Source: a virus. From it: 64,000 bases of DNA. A program made the position numbers and the translations under genes. The DNA lies in IMG/VR virus record IMGVR_UViG_3300037840_000188, positions 32,001 to 96,000 of that record. One strand, written 5' to 3'. The notes beneath the pieces were generated by a model. The model was not told the origin of the DNA. It made no database searches and saw only the letters and a list, made by a program, of their open reading frames with translations. Shown piece after piece: positions 1 to 9,442 of the stretch (the stretch's first letter is position 1; each line of letters begins with the position of its first letter).

Positions 1-1008
1 ATCGATGCCGCGCTCGATAACATCCGACTCAGCCTAGCGCCAGAGGGTCGCTTTTATTTTCTGATTCCGAACGAACTCTGGAAGCATAACGATCAGCCAA
101 ATGAGCGCACGGCAACCGACGCGGAATGGACTTCGTTATTCAAAAAGCACGGCCTTATTGTAGAGTCGGCGAAGCGGTGGAATGACAGTACGGCGTTTCA
201 AGGCGGCATATACAGAGCATTGACATGTGAAATAGCCAGCGTCCTGTGCGGCGGCACCGGCCCCAAGCTGACCTTTAATTTCCATGGCCTCGCCGATGAC
301 TTCAGTGTAGACACAAAGACAGAGCGCGTCTGTTTTATCGATCCTTCTATCGGCTCAGGGATGGGGAATATTAAGTGCCGTTGGTATGACAACCGCACGA
401 ATCTGGTGACGCCCTGCGCGGCTTATCAGGCGCTGCTCGATGCGACCGAGGCTGATGTCTTGGTGTACGTTCATGACGATGTGGATATCTACGATCCCAA
501 CTGGCTGACCCGCGTTATGAATATTTTTGAAACAAATCCGAAGTGCGTGGCTGTTGGCCTTGGAGGTGCCACGTCACTCGGCAGGCCTTCACTGTATAAG
601 CGTCGCTACCGGATTGAGGATATGGCGAGAGGTGGCTATGCGTCTAATCAACGGGACTGGAATATACACGGTGAGCTACTTGTCGATAATCACCGCGTCG
701 CTGTCCTCGATGCTTTCTTCATGGCCGTTCGTGCAGATTTTATTCTTTCTATCGGTGGCTGGCCTGTCGATCATCTATCTCACCATTGCCTCGATTTATG
801 GCTGGCGTGTCAAGCAGCGAGACACGAAAAAGAAGTCTGGGTCGCTGGGATAGAATGCGCGCACTTCGGAGGTGGGTCGAGTACTAAGCCAACGTACCGC
901 TCGGCTGATTGGCTTCAGGGTGGTTGCATGGAGGAAGACCATCGACGCCCGCACCGCTACTTACACCAGGAATTTATCGATTGCCTCCCGATTACGGTGG
1001 CCCCATGA
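1..1008 (+). CDS. 5'-partial protein: probable SAM-methyltransferase C-terminus fused to a GT-A glycosyltransferase-like domain
   Basis: Frame 1 is open from base 1 (IDAALDNIRLSLAPEGRFYFLIPN) into ORF 220..1008; DxD-like VHDDVD and LDAFFMAVR motifs. Confidence 0.6.
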   Translation: MDAALDNIRLSLAPEGRFYFLIPNELWKHNDQPNERTATDAEWTSLFKKHGLIVESAKRWNDSTAFQGGIYRALTCEIASVLCGGTGPKLTFNFHGLADDFSVDTKTERVCFIDPSIGSGMGNIKCRWYDNRTNLVTPCAAYQALLDATEADVLVYVHDDVDIYDPNWLTRVMNIFETNPKCVAVGLGGATSLGRPSLYKRRYRIEDMARGGYASNQRDWNIHGELLVDNHRVAVLDAFFMAVRADFILSIGGWPVDHLSHHCLDLWLACQAARHEKEVWVAGIECAHFGGGSSTKPTYRSADWLQGGCMEEDHRRPHRYLHQEFIDCLPITVAP

Positions 1009-1331
1009 CCTTAGCTATCGCCCTTGAAAACGGCTCCGACTTTTACGGTCCACTTTTTAATGCTCTCGACGCCCATACGGCGAAAAGTGGCAATTGGAGC
1101 ATTGAGAAGAATCCCCAGCGATTGGCTTACCAAAGCGTGCGCGACGAAGACGAGCACGCGCAGTATAGCTGGCTTAATAAAGAACATATGGACTCGGCTT
1201 ACGAGGCTAACTCCATGGTTGTCCTTCGCTGGTACAAAGACACACCAGTCGGCTCATATGCAATCGCGGCGCTGGATATGTGGTGGCTGGCGAAGACTCT
1301 CGTCGAGAAGTTTCCGGAGATCTTCGCATGA
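1005..1331 (+). CDS. hypothetical protein
   Basis: ATGA overlaps with both neighbours. Confidence 0.6.
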   Translation: MTLAIALENGSDFYGPLFNALDAHTAKSGNWSIEKNPQRLAYQSVRDEDEHAQYSWLNKEHMDSAYEANSMVVLRWYKDTPVGSYAIAALDMWWLAKTLVEKFPEIFA

Positions 1332-1576
1332 CCTGGATCAAAGCCATGTCCTCCGGCCAGCCCAGTTCTCATATCGCAGAGTTCGCACATTCAGAAGGTC
1401 GTTTATACGTGAGATTCCAGCGCGGCGATGTGCATTCCTACCCGGCTCCAGATACCGTATTCAATGCCATGCGCGCGGCCCCGAGCGCGGGAGTTTTCTT
1501 CAATTCATTTATTAAGAGGCGGCGGTCGACGAGACATGAGGATATGGAGAAGCCGAAAGAAGTAAAGAAGAAATGA
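1328..1576 (+). CDS. KTSC domain protein
   Basis: SSHI...LYVRFQRGDVHSY...FNAMRAAPSAGVFFNSFIK fits the KTSC pattern. Confidence 0.8.
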   Translation: MTWIKAMSSGQPSSHIAEFAHSEGRLYVRFQRGDVHSYPAPDTVFNAMRAAPSAGVFFNSFIKRRRSTRHEDMEKPKEVKKK

Positions 1577-2385
1577 CAAACATAGTGATTATCGGTCGCG
1601 GGAGGCGCGCGCTTGTTCAGCAGACCATCGACTCTCTCTATGCCAATACCGATCAGGAACAATTCAATTGCGTCTTCGTCGCTGACATGGAGGAAGACTT
1701 TCGCATTCTTCGCTGCCTGCGCGGCATCACCAGAAAAAACTTTTCTCTCCTCGAAGTCACATCTGGTAGCTCCCATGTCCTGTCACAATTAAAGAACCTC
1801 GGCGCATACTGGAGCGAACAGCGCTGGGGCCGTGGCGACTGGCTTTATTTTTCGGATAATGATGTCTGGTTTTCTCCTGGCTGGATGGATAAGTTAACAA
1901 ATGCCGCTGAGCTTACCGAACAGGACGGATTCCGATTATGGGGTGGACAAATCCACCCATTTCATCAGCCACTCGTTGGGCCACAGGGATCTCCCCTCTC
2001 ATGGGGAGAGGTGGACGCGGCGAATGGAAATAACGTCAGGCGCAACGCGACGCTCACTGAACACGCCATCCTTGACGGCCCCTCGTGGCTGATGCGGTGG
2101 AACACATGGGATACCTACGGTCCACTCCAAAGAACGACCGCGCCCGGAGTGTGTCAGTCTGAGGAAACGCCATTTTGTAGATTACTTACCGCTCCAGTAT
2201 CGATGACGAGAGAGCAGTGCCGTGAATCTGAATTGCGCGGCACTACTATCCTCGGGGGATGCCGTATCGGGGTAATCCATCCTCACGTGGTTGTTCACAC
2301 CGGCCTCTCCCAGTCTGACGGCAGGCCAACTCCCGGCGCAGCCGAACGCCGCGCCCTAATACCGCCAGGAGTCTTAGCCGAGTGA
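1573..2385 (+). CDS. glycosyltransferase family 2
   Basis: QTIDSLYANT, WLYFSDNDVWFSPGW. Confidence 0.75.
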   Translation: MTNIVIIGRGRRALVQQTIDSLYANTDQEQFNCVFVADMEEDFRILRCLRGITRKNFSLLEVTSGSSHVLSQLKNLGAYWSEQRWGRGDWLYFSDNDVWFSPGWMDKLTNAAELTEQDGFRLWGGQIHPFHQPLVGPQGSPLSWGEVDAANGNNVRRNATLTEHAILDGPSWLMRWNTWDTYGPLQRTTAPGVCQSEETPFCRLLTAPVSMTREQCRESELRGTTILGGCRIGVIHPHVVVHTGLSQSDGRPTPGAAERRALIPPGVLAE

Positions 2386-3005
2386 CATTAGAATCCTTCA
2401 TCTCCGACGCCCTGTCTGACTCCCCCACGATAATCGACTGCGGAGCAAACGAAGGCCAGTGGGTCTCAAGAATCAAGCCCTACCTCAAAGGCACACCGAG
2501 TATCACATCTATCGAGATGCTGCGATCAGAGGCCGAGAAGTGCCGCCAGAATCATCCAGACATCATGGTCCTCAACTATGCGGTTGGGGCTGGCAGCTAC
2601 AATGCCATCGCGCGGAGGCACGGCTTCTCCCAAAGTTCCTCTATCCTCGTCATGACCGAGATTCACGATCAGGTATGGGGTAGCAGCACGCATGATCCGA
2701 CAGGCTTCGAGACCGTGGAGATGAAGACCCTCGATGCTCTATTTCCAAGCGTCACCGTAGATCTCCTGAAGCTCGATCTTCAGGGTTACGAGATGGAGGC
2801 ATTAAAGGGTGCCGTTAATCTGCTCGCGAGAATCTCCCATGTAATCTCAGAAGTGGCGTGGTTCGAGTTGTACGAGGGACAGCCGCTATTCGCCGACATC
2901 GATAAATTTCTTCAGGATGCAGGGTTTCATTTCGTTGAAGACTTTGACGTGAAAATGCACTGGAACGACAAGGCGGCGGGGGATGGCATATGGAGCAAGG
3001 CATGA
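2382..3005 (+). CDS. FkbM-family methyltransferase
   Basis: IIDCGANEGQ and DLLKLDLQGYEMEALKGA motifs. Confidence 0.9.
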   Translation: MTLESFISDALSDSPTIIDCGANEGQWVSRIKPYLKGTPSITSIEMLRSEAEKCRQNHPDIMVLNYAVGAGSYNAIARRHGFSQSSSILVMTEIHDQVWGSSTHDPTGFETVEMKTLDALFPSVTVDLLKLDLQGYEMEALKGAVNLLARISHVISEVAWFELYEGQPLFADIDKFLQDAGFHFVEDFDVKMHWNDKAAGDGIWSKA

Positions 3006-3661
3006 CGCCGGAATTTTCTATTCTTCACCCTACAATCCGCCTCCCGGATGGCTGGCGAGCGGCGCACGACGCTTGGTATGCGACCGCCAGCGATCCGGCG
3101 TCGATTGAGTACCTGCTGATCGTGGATGGAGATACCCTGTTAGCGCAAACAGACGGCGTCCGTCTCATAATCAACCACGGCCCCCATTCTTACGTCTCTG
3201 CCATGAATACCGGTGCCCACTCCGCTACCGGCAGATGGCTCATCTCCGCAGCCGATGATTGGTTCCCTGCTCCCGGCTGGGACTTGGAGCTTCGTCGCCT
3301 GGTGCCCGATCCGCTCACTACGCAGGCGCTGGTAAATGTCGTCAACGGCCACCATAACCATTCGATATATCCGATCCTGACGCGGGCCTATTACGAACGG
3401 CCCGGTCGTGGTGGGCATCCGAACGGGGAGATGTTCCATCCGGACTATATGTCGATGGGCTCGGACGACGATATCAGCCGTGTGGCACGGCAGGATGGCG
3501 TGTGGATCGACAGCCCAATGGTTTTCGAGCATGAGCATCCGTGGCGCGGACAGCCGCAGCATGACACGCATGGGGCGTACGCTCACGTCCAAAGCAATGA
3601 GGCTTTTGAGATCGGACGCGCGGTGCAGGAGCGGCGAATTAAGGAGGGGTGGATCAGGTGA
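3002..3661 (+). CDS. glycosyltransferase family 2-like
   Basis: IEYLLIVD, AMNTGA, ISAADDWFP, EHEHP. Confidence 0.7.
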   Translation: MTPEFSILHPTIRLPDGWRAAHDAWYATASDPASIEYLLIVDGDTLLAQTDGVRLIINHGPHSYVSAMNTGAHSATGRWLISAADDWFPAPGWDLELRRLVPDPLTTQALVNVVNGHHNHSIYPILTRAYYERPGRGGHPNGEMFHPDYMSMGSDDDISRVARQDGVWIDSPMVFEHEHPWRGQPQHDTHGAYAHVQSNEAFEIGRAVQERRIKEGWIR

Positions 3662-4206
3662 TATTCGAAGACGTAATGACTCTTACCCGCACCATCGACT
3701 CGCCGTTAATTTTCAGCGACGAAGAGGCCCAGGCATACTACGATCTGTTGACTACGGTCCCCGATGGCTCTACGGTCCTGGAGATTGGCCTTCAGTACGG
3801 ACGTTCCTCTTCGGTCGCGCTCCAGGTAGCCCGTAACCGCTCGCTCACCTATTACGGCATTGACCCTTTCACTGAGACTCCGCAAGCGGAGGTAGAGTGG
3901 CTGAATCTGAGAGACCAGATCAACTACCCAGTCTGGCTGTTGAAATATCGTTCAGACGAGGTGCGTAATTGGCCGCCCTCCGTGGCACTCGCTCTGATCG
4001 ACGGCGACCATACGACCGAGGGCGTGACTACAGATTGCAAGCTGGTGATGCCGCTTATTGCATCGAGTGGATATATCTGTTTGCATGATTACGACCGTTC
4101 CCATTTGCCTGGGGTGAAGTGGGGAGCGGAGGCGACGCTGGGGCAGTCAGCAGAGTGGAAATTGGAGCGAGTCACTGGGACGCTCGCGATCTGGAGGAAG
4201 GCGTGA
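3658..4206 (+). CDS. class I SAM methyltransferase (Methyltransf_24-like)
   Basis: VLEIGLQYGRSS, IDGDH, ICLHDY. Confidence 0.85.
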   Translation: MIFEDVMTLTRTIDSPLIFSDEEAQAYYDLLTTVPDGSTVLEIGLQYGRSSSVALQVARNRSLTYYGIDPFTETPQAEVEWLNLRDQINYPVWLLKYRSDEVRNWPPSVALALIDGDHTTEGVTTDCKLVMPLIASSGYICLHDYDRSHLPGVKWGAEATLGQSAEWKLERVTGTLAIWRKA

Positions 4207-4367
4207 TGTTCTCCTACGGGCCGATGAACGACGCACCACAGGAGCCATGCTGCGCGTGCAACGAGTACACTCGTAACCACTTGGAAACTCCGCATCATAG
4301 TTACTATTTATGCCAGACGTGCATGGATAATCTGTCTGTCGGCGGAGAAGTGGGGCGCACCGAATGA
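4206..4367 (+). CDS. small Cys-rich hypothetical protein
   Basis: CxxC...CxxC; translationally coupled. Confidence 0.45.
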   Translation: MFSYGPMNDAPQEPCCACNEYTRNHLETPHHSYYLCQTCMDNLSVGGEVGRTE

Positions 4368-5089
4368 CTCCTTCCCAATCCAACCGCCGCTACGAAGCTA
4401 TCCGACTCGCCATTGTGTCGTGCCAGTGCGACCCACTCACGTCGATTAAATTCTCCATGTTTCTTCACTCTGCGAAAGTGTTCGGTCACACGGAAATTCA
4501 CTGGTACAAGGGCACAGAGAGCGGAGTCGTATACTCAGACTTCGCTGACGCTAAAGTAAATCGCCTCCTGCCGGTGCTGGAACGCCTCCGCTCGGAAGGC
4601 TACACGCACGTACTCTACACCGACAGCACTGATGCCTTCTTCGTCGGAACTAAAGAGAAGATCCTCCGCTCTTACCAGAAGATGGAGTTTCCGCCGGTGC
4701 TGTTCAGTCGAGAACGCGGGTGTTATCCACATCATCACCTCGGGGATAAGATTCCGGAGCATTTGAGGTTTCCGAATACAGGTCAGTACATGGGTCAGAT
4801 CGATGCTTTAATTACTATGTGGACGGCTGTGCGGGAGAGGTACGGGAAAGAGCCGGACAACGAACAGGGCTGGCTCCAGAAGGCTTGCGCTGATGGCGTG
4901 AATATTGTGCTCGATACCAAGAGTCAGATTTTCAGAGCGGATGCAAGTGACTACAATCCGAAGCACTGGAGTACCTGCTTAGTCCATCAGCAAGGGGGCT
5001 ACAGTTCGCCAGAGCGTGGTAAGTACGACGACATGCTCCCTTTGTTTTTGCGGGTTTTTGAGAAGGAGCCGACGTGTCCATCCGCTTGA
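4364..5089 (+). CDS. glycosyltransferase, PLOD GT-domain-like
   Basis: VLYTDSTDAFF, FSRERGCYP, FPNTGQYMG, DNEQ. Confidence 0.7.
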   Translation: MTPSQSNRRYEAIRLAIVSCQCDPLTSIKFSMFLHSAKVFGHTEIHWYKGTESGVVYSDFADAKVNRLLPVLERLRSEGYTHVLYTDSTDAFFVGTKEKILRSYQKMEFPPVLFSRERGCYPHHHLGDKIPEHLRFPNTGQYMGQIDALITMWTAVRERYGKEPDNEQGWLQKACADGVNIVLDTKSQIFRADASDYNPKHWSTCLVHQQGGYSSPERGKYDDMLPLFLRVFEKEPTCPSA

Positions 5090-5709
5090 ATGTTGGATCG
5101 GGGCAGAGGCCGTTCGGATTACCCAGACCAATTCCAAACCACAATGACGCGTGTTTAGTGTGCGGAAATTCAGCGGAAACGCACTGCGTGGATGCCCTTA
5201 CTCACGAGCGCCTGCCAGTCGGTGGATTCGTCCACAAGTTTATTCCCATCGGCGGCTGGTGTAATATCGACATCAGCCCAAAATTCTCTCCTGACATAGT
5301 AGCTGATTGCGAGAAGATGCCGATGTTCGCTGATAGATCGGCTGAACTCATCGTGTCCCACCATAATGTTGAGCACTACGGATGCGGAGAGGCTGCTTCG
5401 ATGGTCGGTGAATGCTTGAGAATATTGGAACCAGGTGGATCGCTTATCGTCTGCGTGCCCGACATGCGAGCCCTCGCGCAGGCGTGGATCGAAGGACGGA
5501 TGGATACGCAATTGTGTATGACCAATTTTTTCGGCGCTTACGTTGACAACGAGGCAGACCGCCACCGCTGGGGGTTCGACGCTCGGTCCTTAAAGGAATT
5601 TCTTATGGGATGTGGATTTAAAAAAGTGATTCCGTTTGACTGGAGATCGATAGCTGGGGCCGACATTGCGCGAGCATGGTGGGTACTCGGCGCGGAGGCA
5701 ATTAAGTGA
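5074..5709 (+). CDS. class I SAM methyltransferase (type 11-like)
   Basis: LNVGSG, WCNIDI, HNVEH, RILEPGG. Confidence 0.8.
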   Translation: MSIRLNVGSGQRPFGLPRPIPNHNDACLVCGNSAETHCVDALTHERLPVGGFVHKFIPIGGWCNIDISPKFSPDIVADCEKMPMFADRSAELIVSHHNVEHYGCGEAASMVGECLRILEPGGSLIVCVPDMRALAQAWIEGRMDTQLCMTNFFGAYVDNEADRHRWGFDARSLKEFLMGCGFKKVIPFDWRSIAGADIARAWWVLGAEAIK

Positions 5710-6619
5710 ACATTGCGCGCCTAGTAGCCCATGACTTTAAAGCCGAAGCACTGCGTTCTTCTGGAGTTTTTGCAGCTTGAGCTTTTCTGCTCATCTCGCG
5801 TCGCTGCTCCAGAGTAAAGGATGCGCGTCTTTTTTTAGCAATCTCAGATCTTCTTTCCGGGGGTATAGAAGCGTTCATTTTCCTAGCCCATTCACTTCTT
5901 TCCTCAGGAGTTCTATTGGCTTGTATCTTTCTGGCGCGGGCGCTCCTTTCTTCTGGACTCAGTTGCGCTTCGTATTTCGCCTTAGCTTCTCGTCTTTTTT
6001 GACGTGTTTCTTCGCTTGCGATAAGAGGCCTCGATTGCAGCAGCTTTCCGATAATATAATCCCTTTTCTCCTGAGGGTATTCCTCCCATGCTTTCTTTGC
6101 AGACTCGATCAATTCTTCTTTAGTAAAGTGACTTCTGGCGTAAGCGCAGCGAGCGTTTCTTTCCTCAGGGGACAGGGACATCATTTGATTTTTGGCAAAC
6201 TCCGCCTGCTTAGCGCGTCTCTCTGGGGTCATTCTTTGCTTCATCAGTTCGGACTGTCTTGCTCTCTGTTCCGGACTCATCCTCCTGCCGGGGCACCCAT
6301 CTCCGCCGTCGGTAGTGTTTGTAAGCCTAGAGCCAGCCTGATCCCTGAAGTGCTTAATCCACTTCTTTTCTGCCTTTTTCCATTCGTCACCTTCCCCCGA
6401 ATCGATCTTTTCAATGGTTGGCTGTGTCTCCTTTCCAAGCAGGTACGAAATCCACCTCTGACAATGGGATGCGTTCGGATGTGCACGGGCATGCCTGATG
6501 TGATTCTGAAGCCTAAGCTTAATACCAATGGACGTCCATCCTACATAGCGGACGTCACCAGACAGCGGACATCTAAGCACGTATACGATCCATTTCATCT
6601 CCCTCGTCTCCGTTGGCAC
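5702..6619 (-). CDS. GIY-YIG-like homing endonuclease with repeated helical C-terminal motifs
   Basis: IVYVLRCP...VRYVGWT...RLQNH, LTNTTDGGDG, repeated (S/T)PEER motifs; inserted antisense in the GT operon. Confidence 0.75.
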   Translation of the reverse strand: MPTETREMKWIVYVLRCPLSGDVRYVGWTSIGIKLRLQNHIRHARAHPNASHCQRWISYLLGKETQPTIEKIDSGEGDEWKKAEKKWIKHFRDQAGSRLTNTTDGGDGCPGRRMSPEQRARQSELMKQRMTPERRAKQAEFAKNQMMSLSPEERNARCAYARSHFTKEELIESAKKAWEEYPQEKRDYIIGKLLQSRPLIASEETRQKRREAKAKYEAQLSPEERSARARKIQANRTPEERSEWARKMNASIPPERRSEIAKKRRASFTLEQRREMSRKAQAAKTPEERSASALKSWATRRAMFT

Positions 6620-6732
6620 ACTGGAAGGTGTACTCTTAACTCTCTAGACCCAAGTTTCAACCTGCAAAATGGACACGGAGTAAGGACCTTTTTTCTGCCT
6701 GCTCCGGGAGATCTTTTTACCATATTACAATT

Positions 6733-7686
6733 GTGACACAAATAAAGGAAACAAGGCAAATGAGTGAAACCCTGATAGTCATTGTGGCCCGACAGGGAAT
6801 TGCGCTAACAAAGCAGACTGTGAATAGCGCCTTAAAGCAACACCCGCCGTGCGATGTTCTTCTGGTGTCAAATCACTGCACCGATGGGACTGACGCGTGG
6901 GCCTCTACTAAAAATATCGCGCGAATTACGTTCCAGAAACAAGTATCATTATCCGCTTGCTGGAATGCCGCGCTGCGTGCCGCATGGCGAATGAAGTATA
7001 AGGCAGTTATTTTATCCAACAACGACGTCCTCTACCGAAGCGATTTTTCTGATTTACTTTTTAAGCACGGCACTGAGTTTGTGAGCTGCGTTTCCGTGGC
7101 AAGTGAAGAGCAACTCGGAATTCCCGGCGACCGTACCGTGGAGGATCTGCGTAAGTCCGAGCGTGACCACCCCGATTTCTCGAATTTTTTGATACGAAAA
7201 TCTGTCACCGATAAGGTGGGATTTTTCAATGAAGATTACTATCCCGGCTATGCTGAGGATTCAGAATTTCATGTTCGGGCATGGCGTGCTGGGGTCCGTC
7301 TGCTCTGTGTAGATCTTCCGTTCGTTCACTTTGGCGCATCCACCCTGAAGCAGGCGAGCGACCGAGAGGCCGTGGTCATCCGAAGAGGAGCCGAAAAGAA
7401 CCGCCTCAGATTTAAGGCGAAGTACGGCTGTCTACCGGGGACGCCTGAGTACGAGAAATTATTTTCGCCGGATCAGTTCGGCATCGACAACCGCCGCATC
7501 CAGTGCGTCGCCTGCGGTTCGCGCGATCATGTCACGTCGCTGTGCCCGATCAACAATGCCGCGATGGCCGGATCGACGAAGCCGTGCTTGGATTGCGCGA
7601 AGATCGCCAAGAACTTCGCGTGGCCTCAGTGGGGCAATGGCGTCCACCTCCAAGGCTGTTCTAGCGCCCCGCGCCCAGCACTCTGA
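6733..7686 (+). CDS. glycosyltransferase family 2
   Basis: SNHCTDGT, LSNNDV, VGFFNEDY, EDSE, HFGAST. Confidence 0.85.
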   Translation: MTQIKETRQMSETLIVIVARQGIALTKQTVNSALKQHPPCDVLLVSNHCTDGTDAWASTKNIARITFQKQVSLSACWNAALRAAWRMKYKAVILSNNDVLYRSDFSDLLFKHGTEFVSCVSVASEEQLGIPGDRTVEDLRKSERDHPDFSNFLIRKSVTDKVGFFNEDYYPGYAEDSEFHVRAWRAGVRLLCVDLPFVHFGASTLKQASDREAVVIRRGAEKNRLRFKAKYGCLPGTPEYEKLFSPDQFGIDNRRIQCVACGSRDHVTSLCPINNAAMAGSTKPCLDCAKIAKNFAWPQWGNGVHLQGCSSAPRPAL

Positions 7687-9436
7687 GCGCATCTTCTACC
7701 TGCCGCGCGCCCTCTTCAGCCGGGCGACCGTAGCCGCCAGGCCGGAAGTCCACACCGAATGGCTTGTAGCTCTTTTTCTGTGCGGCATTGATCTTCTTCA
7801 CCCAGGCGTTTTTCTCTTCCATCGGCAGCGCAGCCCACTTGTCCGCATCAATCCCCTGACCGAGAAGATGCTGAGCCATGACGGCATTTTTGTTTGTCGT
7901 CAGAGTGTGTCCGATATCACCGGCGTGCTCGGCGATAGCCTCGGCGTTTTTGTCAGGCGAGGACTGAACCGTCTTAATCAGATTCTGAAGGAGGCCAGAC
8001 GGTGGAGCGGTTGCTGGCACTGGCTCAACGGGCATCGTCAACGGCTGCGGTAGCACGGCCTGCTGGACCGCTGGTGAGACTGGACTCAAGGGTGGCTGAG
8101 CGGCTATCGGAGACGGCACCACAACTCCCGTCGGTGGCTGCGCAAATTCCGCGTTCTTCGTTCCCGGCTTCAATTTGCCAGTGAAATCCTGAACGTTCTT
8201 GAGCGATATCCTCTTGCTCAATTCTTCTGGAGTCGGAAGACCCGTTGCCGCCGAGTAGTCATAATTCGGGATATGGACGGGAACGTCGGTGTCCTCAGGC
8301 GGGACATAGCCCTGATAATATCCAGAGCGACGCGGTGCTGGAGGAGGTGCGCTGTACTGGCTAACATCCAGCGGGAGCGTCGACTTATTTCCTGCGGCGG
8401 TCGGGCCGCTTGTACCGGGATACCGCTCCTGATTGATCAGGTCCTGAACTACCTGGGGCGGGAGTTGGGGCGCTTTCCAGCCCGGTAAAGTAGTTACGGT
8501 ATTACCTTCATTCGGATGGATCGGAGCTGGCGGTGCGGGTGCCCCATATTGAGCGATGTCGGGCGGGAGGGCTGATGACGAATAGCCAGAATAATCTGGC
8601 GGTGGCATGTGGCGCAGATCATATAGGGAAAGGCTGCTTTTTCTTCCCTTTATCGCTCCACGGACAATAGGGCTGAGCGCCCCAGTCGTCCCGCCAATAA
8701 AGGTGCCGAGTCCTGGCTCGCCAAAGAATTCACCCGCTCCGGCTCCCGCTGCGCCACCGCTGAGCCCATAGGCTACCGAAGCTGGCATGGATACGTCTGG
8801 CAGGCCCATCAATTTCGGAATCAGACCATGCGAGACTGGAACTCTCTCAGTAGCCCCTTGCCATGCCCCCTTGACGGCTCCGCTGGCTCCAGCCATAGGC
8901 CTAGACATATCGGGCACGTTCGGCATGTCACGCAGAAGCTCTGGGGCTATCATCCCAGCGGCATTTAATGCTAAATCACCAAACGCCCCCGGGACATCGC
9001 CTTCAGCAGCCGTCTGGTATGGCTTGGCATGCATGTCCTCAAGCATACCCACGCCCGGGATCGCACGGACGAAATTATGCAACGTCGGATTAGTACCATA
9101 CGCAGCCATGTTTTGCTGCATCGACTGAATGGGACGAGCGATAACGTCGCCGTTCAGGAATGAATTTTTTATATCACTCAGGCCTTGGCCTACGTGAGAC
9201 AGGAATCCCTGTCCGGAGGTATCAGTGCCGTAGTTTCTTGGGCGCAGGTCGACTGGGCCGTTCTCTGATTTTTTTGCCTCCCATAGGGCTGCTTTCGCCT
9301 CCTGTGGGAGAGGAATTCCGCCCAAGCGGCTAGCTAAGTCAGCAGGTGAGGTAGCAGCGTGATAAGCTTCCCAGGCGTCCGCGCGAGCGGTCCCCGGTGC
9401 TTGCACTCCTGCGAGAATAGACTGAAGATCAGCCAT
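7661..9436 (-). CDS. putative internal virion/ejection protein
   Basis: Long Pro/Ala/Gly-rich ORF at the end of the morphogenesis operon. Confidence 0.5.
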   Translation of the reverse strand: MADLQSILAGVQAPGTARADAWEAYHAATSPADLASRLGGIPLPQEAKAALWEAKKSENGPVDLRPRNYGTDTSGQGFLSHVGQGLSDIKNSFLNGDVIARPIQSMQQNMAAYGTNPTLHNFVRAIPGVGMLEDMHAKPYQTAAEGDVPGAFGDLALNAAGMIAPELLRDMPNVPDMSRPMAGASGAVKGAWQGATERVPVSHGLIPKLMGLPDVSMPASVAYGLSGGAAGAGAGEFFGEPGLGTFIGGTTGALSPIVRGAIKGRKSSLSLYDLRHMPPPDYSGYSSSALPPDIAQYGAPAPPAPIHPNEGNTVTTLPGWKAPQLPPQVVQDLINQERYPGTSGPTAAGNKSTLPLDVSQYSAPPPAPRRSGYYQGYVPPEDTDVPVHIPNYDYSAATGLPTPEELSKRISLKNVQDFTGKLKPGTKNAEFAQPPTGVVVPSPIAAQPPLSPVSPAVQQAVLPQPLTMPVEPVPATAPPSGLLQNLIKTVQSSPDKNAEAIAEHAGDIGHTLTTNKNAVMAQHLLGQGIDADKWAALPMEEKNAWVKKINAAQKKSYKPFGVDFRPGGYGRPAEEGARQVEDALRVLGAGR

Positions 9437-9442
9437 GAATTA

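Noticed and set aside
5777-6736. 319-aa plus-strand ORF
   Set aside because: Antisense shadow of the GIY-YIG gene.
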